Shown here: positions 62,855 through 64,000 of the stretch, one piece after another
How positions within the stretch are numbered: the stretch's first letter is position 1
Layout: every line of letters begins with the position of its first letter
Origin: Mobula birostris
Lineage: Eukaryota
Length of the DNA: 64,000 nt
NCBI RefSeq assembly: GCF_030028105.1
Contig: NC_092384.1
Coordinates: forward strand, 3,949,665-4,013,664
Reading direction: 5' to 3'
Notes under the pieces: model-generated
What the model was told of the DNA's origin: nothing
The model's database searches: none
Seen by the model: the letters and a program-made list of their open reading frames with translations, nothing else
Translations under genes and position numbers: made by a program

Positions 62855-64000
62855 GTAAAGACGAGAAAATCTGCAGATGCTCGAAGTTCAAGCGACATGC
62901 GCAAAATGTAGGTGGAATGCAAGAGGCCAGACAGCAGCAATAGGAAGAAATACAGACGACGTTTCCGGTCGAGATGTTTGCCGGGGACTAAAGGAAAAAA
63001 GAGATAGTAAGAGATTTGGAAGTGGGAGGGGGAGGCGGAGACCCGAAATGATAGGAGAAGACAGAAAGGGGGAGGAGAGCATCAGAGGAAGATGGAGAAC
63101 AGGCAAGGAGTTATTGTGAGACGGATAGAGAGAAGAAGAAAAAAAATGCATAAATCAGAGGAACGGGGTAAGAAGGGGCCATTAACGGAAGTTAGAGAGA
63201 TCAATATTCATTGCATCATCGGAGAGGCCGGTCAGAGGCTCGAAGTTTTCGGACGGATGGACTCAGTGTCTGCTGTGGTCGGCTGCTTCCAGGGCATCGG
63301 CAAGTTGACGGTGCCTGGAGGTTTATGGCCGGGAGTTTCTCCCTTTTGCCGCCGCTATCGGGGACTCGGGAGTCGATCGACTCGGGGACATTTGAGCCTT
63401 TATTTACCGTGCCCATGGCTTGTTCTTCATCAAATTATGGTATTGCTTTGCACTGCTGTAACTATATGTTATAATTATGTGGTTCTGTCAGTGTTAGTCT
63501 TTGGGTTGTCCTGTTTTCTCTGATATCACTCTGGAAAAACATTGTATCATTGCTTAACGCATGTAAGCATTTCTAAATGACAATAAAAGAGGACTGAGTG
63601 TTCTCATAATCTAAATCAGGTTGGATGCTACCGAGACGGAATATAAGGTGTTGTTCCTCCAACCTGAGTGTGGGTTCATTTTGACGGTAGAGGAGGCCAT
63701 GGATAGACATATCAGAATGGGAATGGGACGTGGAATTAAAATGTGTGCCCACTGGGAAATCTTGCTTCCTTTGGCGGACAGCGCGTAGGTGTTCAGCGAA
63801 TCGGTCTCCCAGCCTGCGTCGGGTCTCGCCAATATATAGAAGGCCACATCGAGAGCACTGGACACATTATATCACCCCAGCCGACTCACAGGTGAAGTGT
63901 CGCCTCACATGGAAGGACTGTCTGGGGCCTAGAATGGTGGTGAAGAAGGAAGTGTAAGGGCAGGTGTAGCACTTGTTCCGCTTACAAGGATAAGTGCCGG
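62855..64000 (-). mobile_element. Penelope-like element running off the window end, interrupted by a retroposon
   Basis: Reverse complement of the GIY-YIG region (63615-64000) and decayed tail (62855-63218). Confidence 0.85.
63219..63614 (+). mobile_element. Unclassified non-coding retroposon/LINE 3' UTR, copy 2
   Basis: Matches 12551-13040; flanked by ATCA on both sides (63215-63218 / 63615-63618); splits the Penelope ORF. Confidence 0.7.

Overview
Vertebrate genomic DNA, about three-quarters transposon-derived. The repeat repertoire (CR1 LINEs with (TTCTATG)n tails, Rex1/Babar-like and Penelope-like elements, Gypsy, Tc1) suggests a cartilaginous fish, probably a ray; this taxon call is inference. 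One host gene is well supported, on the minus strand: a non-rearranging immunoglobulin-superfamily receptor. It has a 46-bp leader exon (50089-50044), a germline-joined VJ-type exon (49845-49537) and a C1-set exon (47760-47458), all with canonical phase-1 splice sites. Three C-termini are possible: an Arg-containing TCR-like transmembrane exon with a very short tail (43609-43500), a Lys-containing TM-like exon (46049-45952) and a secreted read-through form (stop 47441-47443, AATAAA 30 nt later). Mobile elements include a Gmr1-type Gypsy with integrase upstream of RT, a sushi-like chromovirus, an endogenous retrovirus (pol+env) with an in-frame 42-bp triplication in the env membrane segment, a Vingi/Ingi-like LINE, a full-length IR-DR Tc1, a Chapaev3-like transposase just upstream of the Ig gene, and Penelope-like elements, one with an intact minimal hammerhead ribozyme. 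An old diverged duplication links about 21.3-22.4 kb with 57.5-58.5 kb. There is one 252-N assembly gap. Family assignments rest on motif recognition by eye; no database searches were run and many TE boundaries are approximate.
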